Assembly: GCF_963921235.1 (NCBI RefSeq)
Contig: NC_086118.1
Coordinates: 23,810,001-23,874,000, forward strand
DNA: 64,000 bases
Direction: 5' to 3'
From: Mobula hypostoma
Taxonomy: Eukaryota
Both the position numbers and the translations under genes were made by a program. Below, piece after piece: positions 25,201 to 37,552 of this stretch; within the stretch, counting starts at the first letter, position 1; every line of letters begins with the position of its first letter. A model generated the notes under the pieces. It saw nothing but the letters and a program-made list of their open reading frames with translations. It did not search any database and was not told the DNA's origin.

Positions 25201-26889
25201 CTGCTTACTTTTCAAACTGCGCTCCAAACTTACCTCCCATGGGAATTGGCCCACACCTGACATTTGTTGGGTAGAATGATGATGAAGCACAAGCTTCATG
25301 TGGAAGGAAGCAAAGAGGACATCATCACTAAAGTCATTGTCCACCCCAGGTTTACAGAGATCCTTTATTAAAATCCTCTGAGGGGCAATGGTTAGCTTCA
25401 GTGGGACACACCTCACAGACCTGTGCAAACGTTTATGCTCCACACACATGCCTACTCTTCCCAAGCCTGCTCAGTTCCAAATTCTGAGCCTCAAGTTAAT
25501 TCTGATCTGCTGCCGCTGAACTCTGACGATAGTTTATTGCATTAGGGAAGTCAGCCAAGTCAATAAACAGGGAAAGAAACTTCACCTATTTTTCTTTCAA
25601 CGTACAGGAGCAGGCAGAATGGGTATGCGGAGCTTACAGCATTGCGAGCTTCCTCAAAGTAAGATTATCTATAGGTTGCATTTATGAAGTGTTTATAAAT
25701 GCATCCCTAGCAAGTATAAGCAGCATCCTCTTAATGCCACAGTAAAACTTTTCTGTAAGTGCTGCAGTCACCACTGCAAATCTATTCAAATTCATTCATT
25801 GTTGAAGATAAGAGGTATTATTTGGTCCTGTCAATTAGCAATAAGCCAAAATAGTCTATTAACAGGGATGGAGTAATTGACAATGACTGGTTTCCAGGGG
25901 TGGTTTGGACATGAGGATGTGAGGTGGGGGTGGAGTAGCTGAAAGAGCAGAAGGTAGTTCTGAGAAAAAAAGACTACAAAGGATAAAAGAACGATCTTCA
26001 TTCAAGCTTCAATTTTGTTTTACCATTATGTCTTTGTCCATGTCCAAATTAGCTCATTAGCAATTCTAATAGATTGGCTTTAGAAAACCAATAAACTTCA
26101 CTCACTTTAGGGCCTGAACAAGCTGGCCATTTAGGGTACTTATTCTGAGAAAAAAACATTGTGTAAAGTCATTAGACAATCAGTAAGCACCCTTGAGAAG
26201 CAAGTTGTTCATTGAATGAGGCTTAAAGGTTTTATTAAGTGATATGTTATCATTGTTAACAAACTCTAAAGAGAAAGAGAAGAAATGGACATATTCAGCA
26301 AACATTGAGAGTAAACAGCACAGCAAATGAGGACAATTACTGTTTGCTATGTTCTTCAACAGGAATTCTTTCTGGTTGTGAGAGACGTGATTACTTATTC
26401 ATAATGTACCTCAGCACCAAATGGTTAAAATACAGCTCCTGTGTCAAAGGAGCAGAGACTAAATTTAATCTCTGATAGATCATGGTTAAATACATCAATT
26501 TTGTGTTTCTGAAACACTATTTTCATCCAGTCTCCATGTTATTTAGCAAGTAATTCCAGATATTCTATACTGTAGATCACAATAAGCAGCACTAAATTTT
26601 CAGCAAGATGCCTTACTCCCATTCCATGTTTTATCTCCTGTCACTTACAGATGGAGTAAGTACTCACAAAAAGACTTTACTGCCATAATAGGCTTATTTT
26701 TGGAGTAGTCTCTGCACCTGCACTGTGGCAGAAAGCTATGGACCAGGTGCTGAAAGGCTGCCCAGGCACTCAGAGTTGCCTGGATGACATCATTGTTATT
26801 AGTGAGGATGACAAGAACATCTCCAAAATGTTAAGGCAGTGTTAGAAAGATTAGAAGATTATGGGCTTAGAGCAGAGCACAACAAGTAT

Positions 26890-27620
26890 AAAGTTCAAAG
26901 TACATTTATTATCAAAGTACATACTTTGATAATACGATTCGTGTCCTTACAGGCACCACAAAACAGAGAAACCCAACAGAACCCATTTAAAAAGACTGTC
27001 AAACACTCAATGTGCAGAAAAAAATCAAATAATGCAAACAATAAAGTAACAAATAACATTCAGAACTAAAATTCACAGAGTCCACAGCCACAAAGACAGT
27101 CACCAATGCAGCCGATCCAGGAGCCAGCTAGTTGTAGGCCATAGCCGCAGCTCAGCACAGAGACACCTTATGGAGCAGTGAGTTGAACTCTGGCCCATCC
27201 GTCACCTCAGGCTTTGAAACACTGACCTTTACAATCTGGCCTGGCGCTTAATTCAGCCAGACCTCGGGTAACTCCACATTCTCAGGACCGAGCCTGGGCC
27301 CGCCTACCACTCACCACAACTCGGTTCTGCTGCATCGAATGGCCAAACATTGGCAGATTACCCACTCTCAGGCCCAGGCCCTGAGCATCCATTCAGACCA
27401 CACCCACCACGCTACAACCATCCTGCATTGTTTAGACTTCAGTTCACACTGCAAAAATGCCAGGCTGTACAGGTGGTTCAAAGGCTCAAAGCCAAAAGGG
27501 ATGTTACAGGCTGTCATTGCAGTGTTCGTATCTGAGAGAAAGTTTAGTTAATTCTGCCATTTATAGTTTTGTTTGTTTTGTTAAGCCTTCGCTGTGTTTC
27601 ACTAGTGCCATCTTCAACCA
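26890..27620 (-). mobile_element. Non-autonomous LINE-tailed element inserted in the Gypsy RT
   Basis: Starts AAGTTCAAAGTACATTTATTATCAAAGTACAT (reverse TTGAAC-type tail with AATAAA); Gypsy coding sequence is interrupted here and resumes ~27620. Confidence 0.65.
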
Positions 27621-28965
27621 GGACCATCACATTATTGACGCACAAGCATTTACGCAAGAGTGCTGAGAAAATTCAAGCTGTGGTGGATTTCCCCAAGGCC
27701 AAAGGATGTGACACAGTTATGGTCCTTTTTAGGATTTGCCAATTACTATAACAGGTTTCTGTCAACTTGGCTACTGTGCTCCACCCCTTGAAATTATTAC
27801 GACAGATCAGAAAGAAATGGCAATGGGCAAAGCAGTGTGAGGTGGCTTTCCAAAAGACAAAGCAAGTGGTGATGTCAGACACTGTACTCGCACGTTATAA
27901 TCCACATTGTCTGGTGGAGCTGGCCTGTGATGCCTTGACTAATGATATACCTGCAGTCATGTCACACGTTATGAGTGATGGAAGTGTACGCCCCATAGCT
28001 TTGCATTACATTCCTTTCCTGCTGCAGAGAAAAATTACACATAGGTTGACAGAAAAGACTTGAGTCTGGGTGTGAAACATTTCAATCAGTACTTCTACGG
28101 GAGAGAGTTTACCTTCAATCACTGGTGTCCATTTTCAATCCACAGAAGGGTGTTCCACTGACAGGAGCAGCACGAGTGCAGAGATGGGAATTCAAGATGA
28201 TAACTAAGCATGGAAATGCAGATGGATTGTCCTTTTTCCCCTGGAAAAGGAAAACCCTGAAAATTTTACAAGAGGGAATATTCCTCTTGACGTATTCACC
28301 CTAATGCAAATTGAAAGTCTCCATATTACAGCAGAGATACTCCAAAGAGAAACCAGAAAGGACCCCACACAGGTCTACATGGCCACCCAAAATGACTGGA
28401 ATGCACAGCAGAAATTCCAGTTACTTCACTTTCAGCAGCGCTGGAATGAACTTGCCCTTGACAGATAGTTGCCTTATGCGTGGATTGAGAGTTGTGGTAA
28501 CATCGAAGCCGAGAGCTAAAATGTTGGAGGAGCTACATGCTGGCCATCTCAGCCTGGTCAAAAGGAAAGTGTTGGCACCTGACTAATTTTGCCTGGTGGC
28601 CTGGGGTAGATCAGCAGACTGAGCAGCTTGCCATGCACTGGGATGCCAACACATCCAGGAAAAGGGTGCCCAGAGCTGTCAGAACCACTTCCTGCGGTCA
28701 CAGGGTCAACTCCTACAACCACCACAGAGGAGGCCCCAGAACCTGAGGTTGTTTCACAGTCAACAAGTCTCAACTACCAAAATGAATGATCCCATGTGCC
28801 CCACCCACCCCGTCACCATCAGGAAAGACATTACACTACAACAGTAAAAAACAATCACCCATAGTGAATAAATCTTTGGCCGAAATGGAACAATATAAAA
28901 ATTATTATGCTGTGAATATCTATATAGCAGTTGTATTATTTAGCACACTGCATGTGTTTGATGTG

Positions 28966-29281
28966 TGGGCACATGGCCAAGTGGTTAAGGCATTGGACTA
29001 GCGACCCGAAGGTCTTGAGTTCGAGCCCCAGCCGAGGCAATGTGTTGTGTCCTTGAGCAAGGCACTTAATCACACATTGTTCTGCGACGACACTGGTTCC
29101 AAGCTGTATGGGTCCTAATGCCCTTCCCTTGGACGACATTGGTGTCGTGAAGAGGGGAGACTTGCAGCATGGGCATCTGCTGGTCTTCCATACAACCTTG
29201 CCCGGGCCTGCGCCCTGGAGAGTGAAGACTTTCCAGGCGCAGATCCATGGTCTCGCAAGACTAATGGATGCCTTTACTTGT
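28966..29281 (+). mobile_element. tRNA-derived SINE
   Basis: A box TGGCCAAGTGG, B box GTTCGAGCC, central GTGTCCTTGAGCAAGGCACTTAA and a LINE-like 3' end, followed by (TG)/(CA) microsatellite. Confidence 0.85.
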
Positions 29282-29554
29282 ATGTGTATGTACACACACA
29301 CACACACATATATATGAGTGTAATGTCTTTAATACCTCAGTACATGTTTGAGTAATATTGTAAATAAAATATATTTTGATTAAGCGTTCTTTATTTACAT
29401 AATTCATTATGGGTTATATGTAAGAAGTACTTGAATGGCTTTTATCATTACGCCACCACATCATATGTGGGCATCTCATTAAAGAAAACAATATGCTTTC
29501 TCACTTCTGTGTTTCTCTTCTGATTAGTCTCTGCAGTTACAAACAATAAAAATG

Positions 29555-32480
29555 GATGATTTTGAACCGGGGTGAGAGCTTGCAAAAGTTGGTGTGCAGG
29601 GGATGATGTTGGGTGGACAGCCGAACACAGTCCCCACGGGTTGCCTGGTGGCAGTAGGCACAGTTGGCAGCACAGATGCATGGCCTCTTTCAAGCATTCG
29701 TGAAACAGTGAACCAAGGGCCTGGCAGACAGGGACTTTCACTAATGGTTCCTCCGTAGGGAACAACGGGGGTTGGTAGCCATGAAACACTTCAGAGGGTG
29801 ACACACCCTTGGCAGAGGAGGTGCTTAGATTGTGGGACAGTTCAGCCCAGAGCATGTGGAAGGATTAGAGTGGCAAAGCATCGCAGAAACTTCTCCCCTT
29901 GCAGATTCAGTCTCTCTGAGTGACCATTGGTCTGCGGATGGTAGCCAGAGAACATGGTCACTGAGCTGAGAGGAGGGAGCAGAAAGCTTGCCAGAAATGG
30001 GAGATGAATTGTGGGCCTTGGTCCTGAGGGAAATCATGGAGGCAAACTGCACGCTGGAGAAGCAGCCTCGCCCTCTCAGCAGCCAACAGAATTTTGGGGA
30101 GGGCATTGAAGTGGGCAGCCTGGGAGGACTGGTCCTTCACTGTCATGATCTTTGTGGCCCCAAAGGAAGGTGGCAAACCCATGAGGAAATCCAAGGTGAT
30201 GTGGAGCCTTGGGCATTGAGGGGCCACAGAAGCCCAGAGGGCCTTTGCTTGGAGGAATTGGACTGGGTATATTGAGGACATCTGTGATCATGATAGGCCA
30301 CCAGAACTGGCATTAGAAAATTCAGCGTCCATCATGTGCATGGATAGCTGGAGAGGGGTTAAGTGTGGTCTCACTGAAATGCCTCAGGGCGTAAAGCTGC
30401 CAACATGTACATGCAGTTGTCAGGTGTGTTGGCTGGAGAAGGTAGGGACTGCTGGATCTAGTTTTCAAGATCCCAGATGATTAGGACGAGGTTCTGGAAG
30501 GTTGGGATGATGGTCAATCTTTGTTTCACCTGGGTCAAACTGTCAAGATAGGACAACCGCCTTAGTGTTCTTGGAGCCAGGGTCAGCAGGAGATGGTGAA
30601 GTCGAATTGCTTGAGGAAGAGATCCCAGCAATTCTGCTGTAGATTGAGTTGGCGGGTTTGCCAAATGGATGTGAGGTTCTGGTGTCAAGCCAGATCAGGA
30701 GGGCTCGGTGTTTCCCATCAGCCGAGGCCCTTTTAATGGTGAGTAGCTCTCAGTATCTTACTCCATAATGTGTAGAGTTGAACTTGCAGAAGAAGATGAC
30801 AAAAGGGTACAGCTTCCCAATGAGTTCTCGCTGGGAGAGGATGGCCCTGGCGCCCACATCACGTACATCCTCCGCTACTACAAAAGGTCCAGCGTGGTTT
30901 GGATACCATCTATGAACTTGACGATGATTCAACCATTGTTGGTAGAATCCCAGATGGTGATGAGAAGGCGTACAGGAGCGAGATATGCCAACTAGTGGAA
31001 TGGTGTCGCAGTAACAACCTGGCACTCAACGTCAGTAAGGCGAAAGAGCTGATTGTGGACTTGAGGAGGGTTAAGACGAAGAAATACATACCAATCCTCA
31101 TAGAGGGATCAGAAGTGGAGAGAGTGAGCAGCTTCAAGTTCTTGAATATCAACATCTCTGAGGACCTTACCTGGTCCCAACATATCGATACAGTTATAAA
31201 GAAGGCAAGACAGCGACTATACTTCATTAGGAGTTTGAAGAGATTTGGAATGTCAGCAAATACACTCAAAAACTTCTATAGATGCACAGTGGAGAGCATT
31301 CTGATAGGCTGCATCACTGTCTGGTATGGGGGTGGAGGCTACTGCACAGGACCGAAAGAGTTCCCAGCACTACTTCAAGGGACGGTGTCTCAGAAAGGCA
31401 GTGTCCATTATTAAGGACCTCCAGCACCCAAGGCATGCCCTTTTGTCACTGTTACCATCAGATAGGAGGTACAGGAGCCTGAAGACACACACTCAGCGAT
31501 TCAGGAACAGCTTCTTCCCCTCTGCCATCTGAGTCTTAAATGGACACAGAACCCTTAAACACTACCTCACTTTTTTGATATATATTATTTCTGTTTTTTG
31601 CACAATTCTTAATCTATTCAATATACATACACTGTAATTGATTGATTCATTATTATTTTATTTTTTTCTTCTTCTGTATTATGTATTGCATTGAACTGCT
31701 GCTGCTAAGTTAACAAGTTTCACAACACGTGCTGGTGATGATAAACCTGATTCTGATTCTGATTCCGATGGTGAGGAAAGGGAGCAGTGATGAAGCGTCC
31801 CTGAGCTTTTTGAAAGTGTGGTCCATAGCAGCAGACCAGGCTATCCATGAGGTAGGTTATTTGGTGAGGGATGGGGGAGGAGTAATGATATGGATGTAGT
31901 TCCTGATGAAACGGTGGTATTAGTTGGAGAAACTCAAGAAGTGCTGTAGCTGTTTGAGGGAATGCAGCCGGGGCCATTCAATGATGGTGCACACCTTCTC
32001 TGACACCAAAATATTGAACAGACATGACCGACACGGTCTGTGGGGCCCGTGGAGAACATGAGGGTTCATCGAGGTAGACAGGCACTTACCTGTGTAGGAT
32101 ATTTCAAAGGATCTTGTGAATGAATGCTTGGTAAATGGTCTGTCTGTTGGAAAGTCCGATGGGCATCACCAAGTATTCATAGTGACCAGTGAGTGTTACG
32201 AACACCATCTTCCACTCATCCCCGGGCAGATAGGCCTATACATCCAGTTTAGTGAAGATCTGGACCTGCAGTGTGTTATCCATCAAGAGGAAAGGGTATA
32301 GATTCTTAATGCTGACTTTGTTGAGTCTACAGTAGTCAATACAGACTCAGAGGCCCCCATCTTTCTTTTTGACAAAGAAGAATCCTGTGCTGGCTGGGGA
32401 CTGGGATGGTCGCATGTAGCCATGACCTAGTGCTGTGGCAACGTAGTTATTCATGGTTTGGTGGTGAGGAGTGGTTCCAC
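29555..32480 (-). mobile_element. Decayed Ty3/Gypsy (sushi-like) internal region
   Basis: Integrase HITLDFLMGLPPS..AAHF (ORF 29958-30281), SPSEVFHGYQPPLFP, RNase H DVGARAILSQ and [19 protein letters not shown]. Confidence 0.88.
30905..31766 (+). mobile_element. Rex1/Babar-clade LINE, 5'-truncated, nested in Gypsy
   Basis: ORF 30899-31414 DDSTIVG..WCRSNNLALNVSKAKELIVD..KKARQRLYFIRSLKRF; RFRNSFFPSAI; (CTGATT)n tail. Confidence 0.92.
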
Positions 32481-32499
32481 TGCAGTGCCTCAGGGCATA

Positions 32500-32870
32500 A
32501 GGCCACAGGCACGTACATGTGGTTGTCAGGTGTCTTGGTCAGAGCAGGCTCAAGCTGTAGAGACTAACATGTCTGGTTCTCAAGATCCCACGCGATCGGG
32601 GCGAGGCTCTGCAAGGATGGGATGATGGGATGAGGATCGATTTCCGTTTCTGCCGATTGAACTGTCATGACAGGACTTCTGCCTTAGTGTTCTTGGAGCT
32701 CGGCCGGTAGGAGGGTGAAGTTGAATTGCTCGAAGAAGAGGTCCTAGTGGGCCTGACGTGGGTTGAGTTAGTGGGTCTGCTGAATGGAGATGGAATATAA
32801 TGAGTGGCGGGTGACTCCTGTTAGCTGGCGTGAGACTGTAAACTGCCCGTCTGCACACGCCTGACAGGTA
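32500..32870 (-). mobile_element. Second Gypsy fragment (RNase H-integrase junction) related to 30450-30730
   Basis: Shares GCCTTAGTGTTCTTGGAGC and GGTGAAGT.GAATTGCT.GA.GAAGAG with the neighbouring element. Confidence 0.65.
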
Positions 32871-33122
32871 TGTTCTAGCAAAATCTTTTGAACACGTTTT
32901 TGTCTCCTGGTTAACTGTTTATCTCCCTCACAGCTCTCTACTTAGCTTAAATTATGCATCCATGCTTCAAAAATCCTAACTCAATCTCTTCGGCAAGTTT
33001 TAGTAAGATCTTTCATTTTGAAACCTTTCAACTAAAACCTCTGCTCCTGCATCTCCAACTAAGTTTGTTTTGGTCCAGTATTTATGTTGTCCTTGTTCCC
33101 ATCTTGTTTTATTTTAATTATT

Positions 33123-33270
33123 CTTTCTTTTTTTTTCTTTTCAAATCTTTTTATTGTTATATTATACAGAGAAAATAACATGAGTACATTGAAGTAACAA
33201 CGCTTACAATGCCTCAAAAAAGACATTATCTTAAAGATTGAAAAAAAATTTCGTGATAACAAAAAAAACA
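33123..33270 (-). mobile_element. Short poly(A)-tailed retro-insertion with 15-bp TSD
   Basis: TTTATTTTAATTATT at 33108-33122 and 33271-33285; T-tract and TTTATT (reverse AATAAA) at the left end. Confidence 0.7.
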
Positions 33271-33553
33271 TTTATTTTAATTATTGAGATACAGTGCGGA
33301 GTAGGCCCTTCTGGCCCCGCAAACTGCGCCGCACAGCGGCCCCCTAATTTAATCCTAGACTAATCACGAGACAACTTACAATGATTAATTAACCTACCAA
33401 CCGGTACGTCTTTGGACTGTGGAAGGAAACTGGAGCACCCAGCGAAAACCCATGCAATCATGGGGAGAATGTCCTTACGGGCAGTGGCAGGAATTGAATC
33501 CAGGTCACCGTTACTGTTAAGTGTTATGCTAACCTCTTGCTATTGTGCCGCCC
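33271..33553 (-). mobile_element. V-SINE (HE1-like), full length
   Basis: Reverse strand starts GGGCGGCACAATAGC with B-box-like GATTCAATTCC, then V-domain TTCCTTCCACAGTCCAAAGAC. Confidence 0.88.
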
Positions 33554-34098
33554 TCCATTCAGTTCTAAATTCATCCAAACCTCCCTATTTTTCCCTCTTT
33601 TCCTAGTTCCTAACCAATCTCTTTGGTTATGTTTTTGTTTAGTCCTTCTCGTATTCATTCTTAACTTAGAAACTGACTTTTGTAGTCTGTGAATCAACTT
33701 TCAACAAAAATTTGGCTACATAGATGGAAACTATTTCCCCTGGGAGTACTAGGCCCATTATTGTTTTCCTGAGAACGAGTTTGTCATCATGAGCAAATGT
33801 AGTTCCCACTTACAGTCTTGAAACTAATACTCATCCAGAGCATCTGCAATATTTTGCTCATGTAACACTCGGCTGTAAATGAAGGAGAGTGACACTGGTC
33901 CTCCCAGTAAAGTTTTTCTGTGGTTGTTGTTAGCTGGCTGGTTGAAGTGAAGGAATTACAGGGCAAAATAAAGAGCTGGAAAAGACTTTGGTGTACATGT
34001 GCACAACTCTCCTCTGGCAAGTCTGTGAGACTTAAAGCAACATACATAAAAAATGCTGGTGAATGCAGCAGGCCAGGCAGCATCTATTGGAAGAGGTA

Positions 34099-34140
34099 CA
34101 GTCGAAGTTTCGGGCCAAGACCCTTCGTCAGGTCCAACTG
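34099..34140 (-). ncRNA. Minimal type I hammerhead ribozyme motif
   Basis: Reverse complement CAGTTGGAC-CTGACGA-AGGGTCTTGGCCC-GAAA-CTTC-GACTG; cores intact, NUH = UUC. Confidence 0.65.
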
Positions 34141-34809
34141 AAAGAAGAGATAGTAAGAGAGTTGAAAGTGGGAGGGGGAGGGGGGAGATCCGAAATGATA
34201 GGAGAAGACAGGAGGGGGTGGGATGGAGCTAAGAGCTGGAAAGTTGATTAGCAAAAGGGATGTGAGAGGATCATGGGATGGGAGGCCTAGGGAGAAAGAA
34301 AGGGGAGGGGGTATGCCCAGAGGATGGGCAAGGAGTATAGTGAGAGGGACAGAGGGAGAAAAAGGAGAGAAAGAGAAAAAAACTAATAATAAAAATAAAT
34401 AAATAACGGATGGGGTACGAAGGGGAGGTGGGGCATTAATGGAAGTTAGAGAGGTTAAAGTTCATGCCATCAGGTTGGAGGCTACCCAGACTTCTCTAAC
34501 TTCTGTTAATGCCCCACCTCTCCTTCGTACCCCATCCATTATTTATTTATTATTATTAATTTTTTTTTTCTCTCTCTCTCTCTCTCTCCTTCTCCCTCTG
34601 TCCCTCTCACTGTACTCCTTGCTCATCCTCTGGGCTTCCCCCTCCCCCTTTCTTTCTCCCTAGGCCTCCCATCCCATGATCCTCTTATATCCCTTTTGTC
34701 AATCAACTGTCCAGCTCTTGGCTCCATCCCTCCCCCCTCCCGTCTTCTCCTATCATTTCAGATCTCCCCCTCCCCCTCCCACTTTCAAATCTCCTACTAT
34801 CTCTTCTTT

Positions 34810-34851
34810 CAGTTAGTCCTGACGAAGGGTCTTGGCCTGAAACGTCAACTG
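34810..34851 (+). ncRNA. Minimal type I hammerhead ribozyme motif
   Basis: CAGTTAGTC-CTGACGA-AGGGTCTTGGCCT-GAAA-CGTC-AACTG. Intact CUGANGA/GAAA cores, AGG/CCU stem II, palindromic ACGU stem III, GUC cleavage triplet at 34844-34846. Confidence 0.72.
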
Positions 34852-35044
34852 TACCTCTTCCTATAGATGCTGCCTGGCCTGCTGCGTTCACCAGTATTTT
34901 TTATGTGTGTTGCTTGAAATTCCAGCATCTGCAGATTTCCTCGTGTCTGAGAGACTTAAAGAAGGCTTTGCTGGCTTTGTTTCACGTTCTTTTAGCTACC
35001 TACTTCAATCACTGTGTCATAAAGTTGCTTTGCTCTTTACAGTC

Positions 35045-35778
35045 AGAGTAATAGAGAACACAGCAAGAAAACATACCCTTCAGCCCAATTCATCCTTGCT
35101 GACAATACGCCAGTCTAAGCTAGTATCCCTGCCTGATTTTGACCCACATCTCTCTAACCCTCTCCTATCTAATTACATGTCCAAATGTCTTCTAAATGTT
35201 GTTTTTGTATCTGCCTTAACCACTTCCCCTGCCAGCTCATTACATATATGCACCACCCCTGGTGTGAAATATGCCTTGAACCCAGTACAATTGAATCTTG
35301 ATTGTTCTGATATTAGGTCCAGTTTAAATCTTTCCCCTCTCACTTTAAAGCTAGGCCCTTTAGCTTTTGATTTTTCTCCCCCGGACAAAGACTGTGCAAT
35401 CACCTTAACTATACTCCTCATGATTTTATCGACCTCTATAAGATCACCCGACACTCCAAAAAAAATTGAAGTCTTAACCTGCCCAACCTCTCCCTTTAAC
35501 TCAGGCTGTCAAGGTATGGCAACATAAAGCTTCTTTTCAATCTTTTCAGTTTGATGCCATCCTTCCTAAAACAGAGCAATCAAACCTGCACACAGTACGA
35601 CCGGTGTGGCCACGGTAAGATCTTGTACTACAACATAACTTCCCAATTCCTATACTCAATATCCCACCTGATAAAGCCCAGCACACCAAATGACTTCTTC
35701 ACCACTCTGTCAACCTGTGGTGTTTTTTTGCAGAGAATTGTATACTTGTACTCCTCGGTCCCTCTGATCTGCAACACT
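35045..35778 (-). mobile_element. CR1-type LINE 3' fragment
   Basis: ORF 35173-35454 GDLIEVDKIM..FKVRGERFK..NELAGEVVKADT.TTFRRHLD. Confidence 0.85.
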
Positions 35779-37552
35779 TTAGTCAATCTCCAGAAATTGA
35801 ATCATGATTGTTCTGATATTTTCTTTCATGCTCACCACACTTTCATCTTATTGAAGTCAAGGATTGCTGTTTCAATCAGTCGTTGGTAGGACTTCAAATT
35901 GGCATATATCAGAACTTCCTTAGGCTTCTCTTTGCCTGTACACCTCAACTTGTCACCAATAATTTAGGCTTCTAAAAGTCAAGCTTACAGCCATCAGAAT
36001 AGTACTTTGTCTTCTCTTTGTGATTTTCAAATTTGATTGGCAAAGAGCTTTTGTAATGGGCAATGGTACTTCAGCGTAACATTCTCATTTACCAAGATGG
36101 CTGTTCCAGACAAAAGTTTGGCAAAAAAACAATTTGACACGTTGAAGTGAGTTGCTGCTTGTATTTAATGTTTGTTGACATATCTTACAGTTTTTCTTAC
36201 CATTTATTTTCTTTCTGGTTATCCACAAGGAAGCATGTGATTTTGCTCTATATTTCTACATTTGTTACCAGTTAAATGTCACTGTGGGATAACTTTTCAA
36301 GGAGGAAGTACGATTGTAGAATCAGTGTTGCTCCTCTGCATTTATAGATGAAGTGTTACATGTGCAAAACTTCCAAATGCAATGGATGAGCCTATTATAT
36401 CTCATTTTGGCCTTCCCTCACAATTTAGCTTCTGGGTGAGCGAAAAGTACTCCATCTGGTGGCTAGACTGCCAAAATTGAACCACTTGACGCAATCTGCC
36501 TTGAGTAGCAGTCAGGTTTGAAATAAAATTACAACCCAGCAATGGTGAAGCCTTACAATCTGAAGCAAGTGATTTTCCTGCTTCAAATGCATATTTTACA
36601 ACTGAAGAAATGACGTAATTGAGTAAATGGATAAAGTGCAACCATGAAATTAAAAATTGTTATTTGATAGCAGGCGTCAATGACGGCAATTATCATCTGG
36701 GTCATTTAACCCTTTCACTTTATTCATTGTTATGTTTCACTAACAATGAGTTCTTGTTTCTTTCCTTTTTTCCATGCCAGTTGGCTTCATCTGCTTCCTT
36801 TCTTCGAGAGATATTAAGATGTATACTTGACACAGAGTTCATTCTCCTACAGATCACTGTGTGTCAACTTGTATATTTGAAATGTTGAGTTTGTTTGTTT
36901 CAAGCTTTGAAATGTAGTGCTCTACATTTTTCTACAGGATCAACAATTCCAAGGCTTTCTGTAGAAGATAAAACCTCAGCAAGAGAGCAATGATTTCCAC
37001 TACCATTCTTCAAAAGCAGCAGTATAGCAAAAGTGAAAAGAAATTTCCAGATTTTATCCATGCTAAAATAGACAGCCTCACTTTCTCGTCGAACTCCTAT
37101 ATGTATTAACATTTCATAAAACCACAAATGCATTGCAGTAACTCAGAACTGCGGAATTCATTCAACAGAGGTTTTGCTGTAAGACAAATTGTCTTAGAGG
37201 TTCTATTAGTGATGATGCATTTGAAAATGAATCACTGTTAACTTGCACTGTAAGTAGGATATAGCAATATATTTAGTGATTACATATGGTAATGTTGTAG
37301 CTCTCTAGGCAATAATGCAATTACACATCAATAATTATGCAACAGCATTATTATTCACAAGAGTTGAAAATGACATCAGACCATTTTAATGAACATAAAT
37401 TACCTTTTGCTGACAGAAACATCAATGCAGAAGTGCTTGTTTTCCCTATTCTAAGTGCTACATAAAGAGGGAACAGTAATAATGCCATAGAATAAAGCCA
37501 TCTGACCCTTAAATTCCACTATATCTCAACAGTTTGTCAGCCAGCTTGCCAT

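Larger units (their letters stand above)
26655..29544 (+). mobile_element. Decayed Ty3/Gypsy LTR retrotransposon (RT-RNase H-integrase remnants and 3' LTR)
   Basis: [21 protein letters not shown]...CLDDIIV (~26.7-26.8 kb); LHPLKLL..KWQWAKQCEVAF..LACDA (ORF 27767-28063); LEELHAGHL (ORF 28311-28586); TG...CA LTR-like block ~29319-29544. Confidence 0.85.
34038..34946. mobile_element. Penelope-like element insertion composed of two inverted termini (fold-back)
   Basis: Arms ~34035-34454 and 34491-34915 are reverse complements. The spacer encodes the LGSLQPDGMN-type PLE ORF end on the minus strand. TSD GAGACTTAAAG at 34027-34037 / 34951-34961. Confidence 0.9.

Noticed and set aside
25277..25372. 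Short plus-strand peptide containing KVIVHPRF (serine-protease-like)
   Set aside because: Only ~31 codons, no other protease motifs or convincing splice sites; likely chance.
28966..29040. tRNA-like sequence with A and B boxes
   Set aside because: No complete cloverleaf or acceptor stem; runs into a SINE body.
34907..35527. 206-aa plus-strand ORF
   Set aside because: Spans a PLE end and the antisense of a CR1 fragment; no coherent protein.
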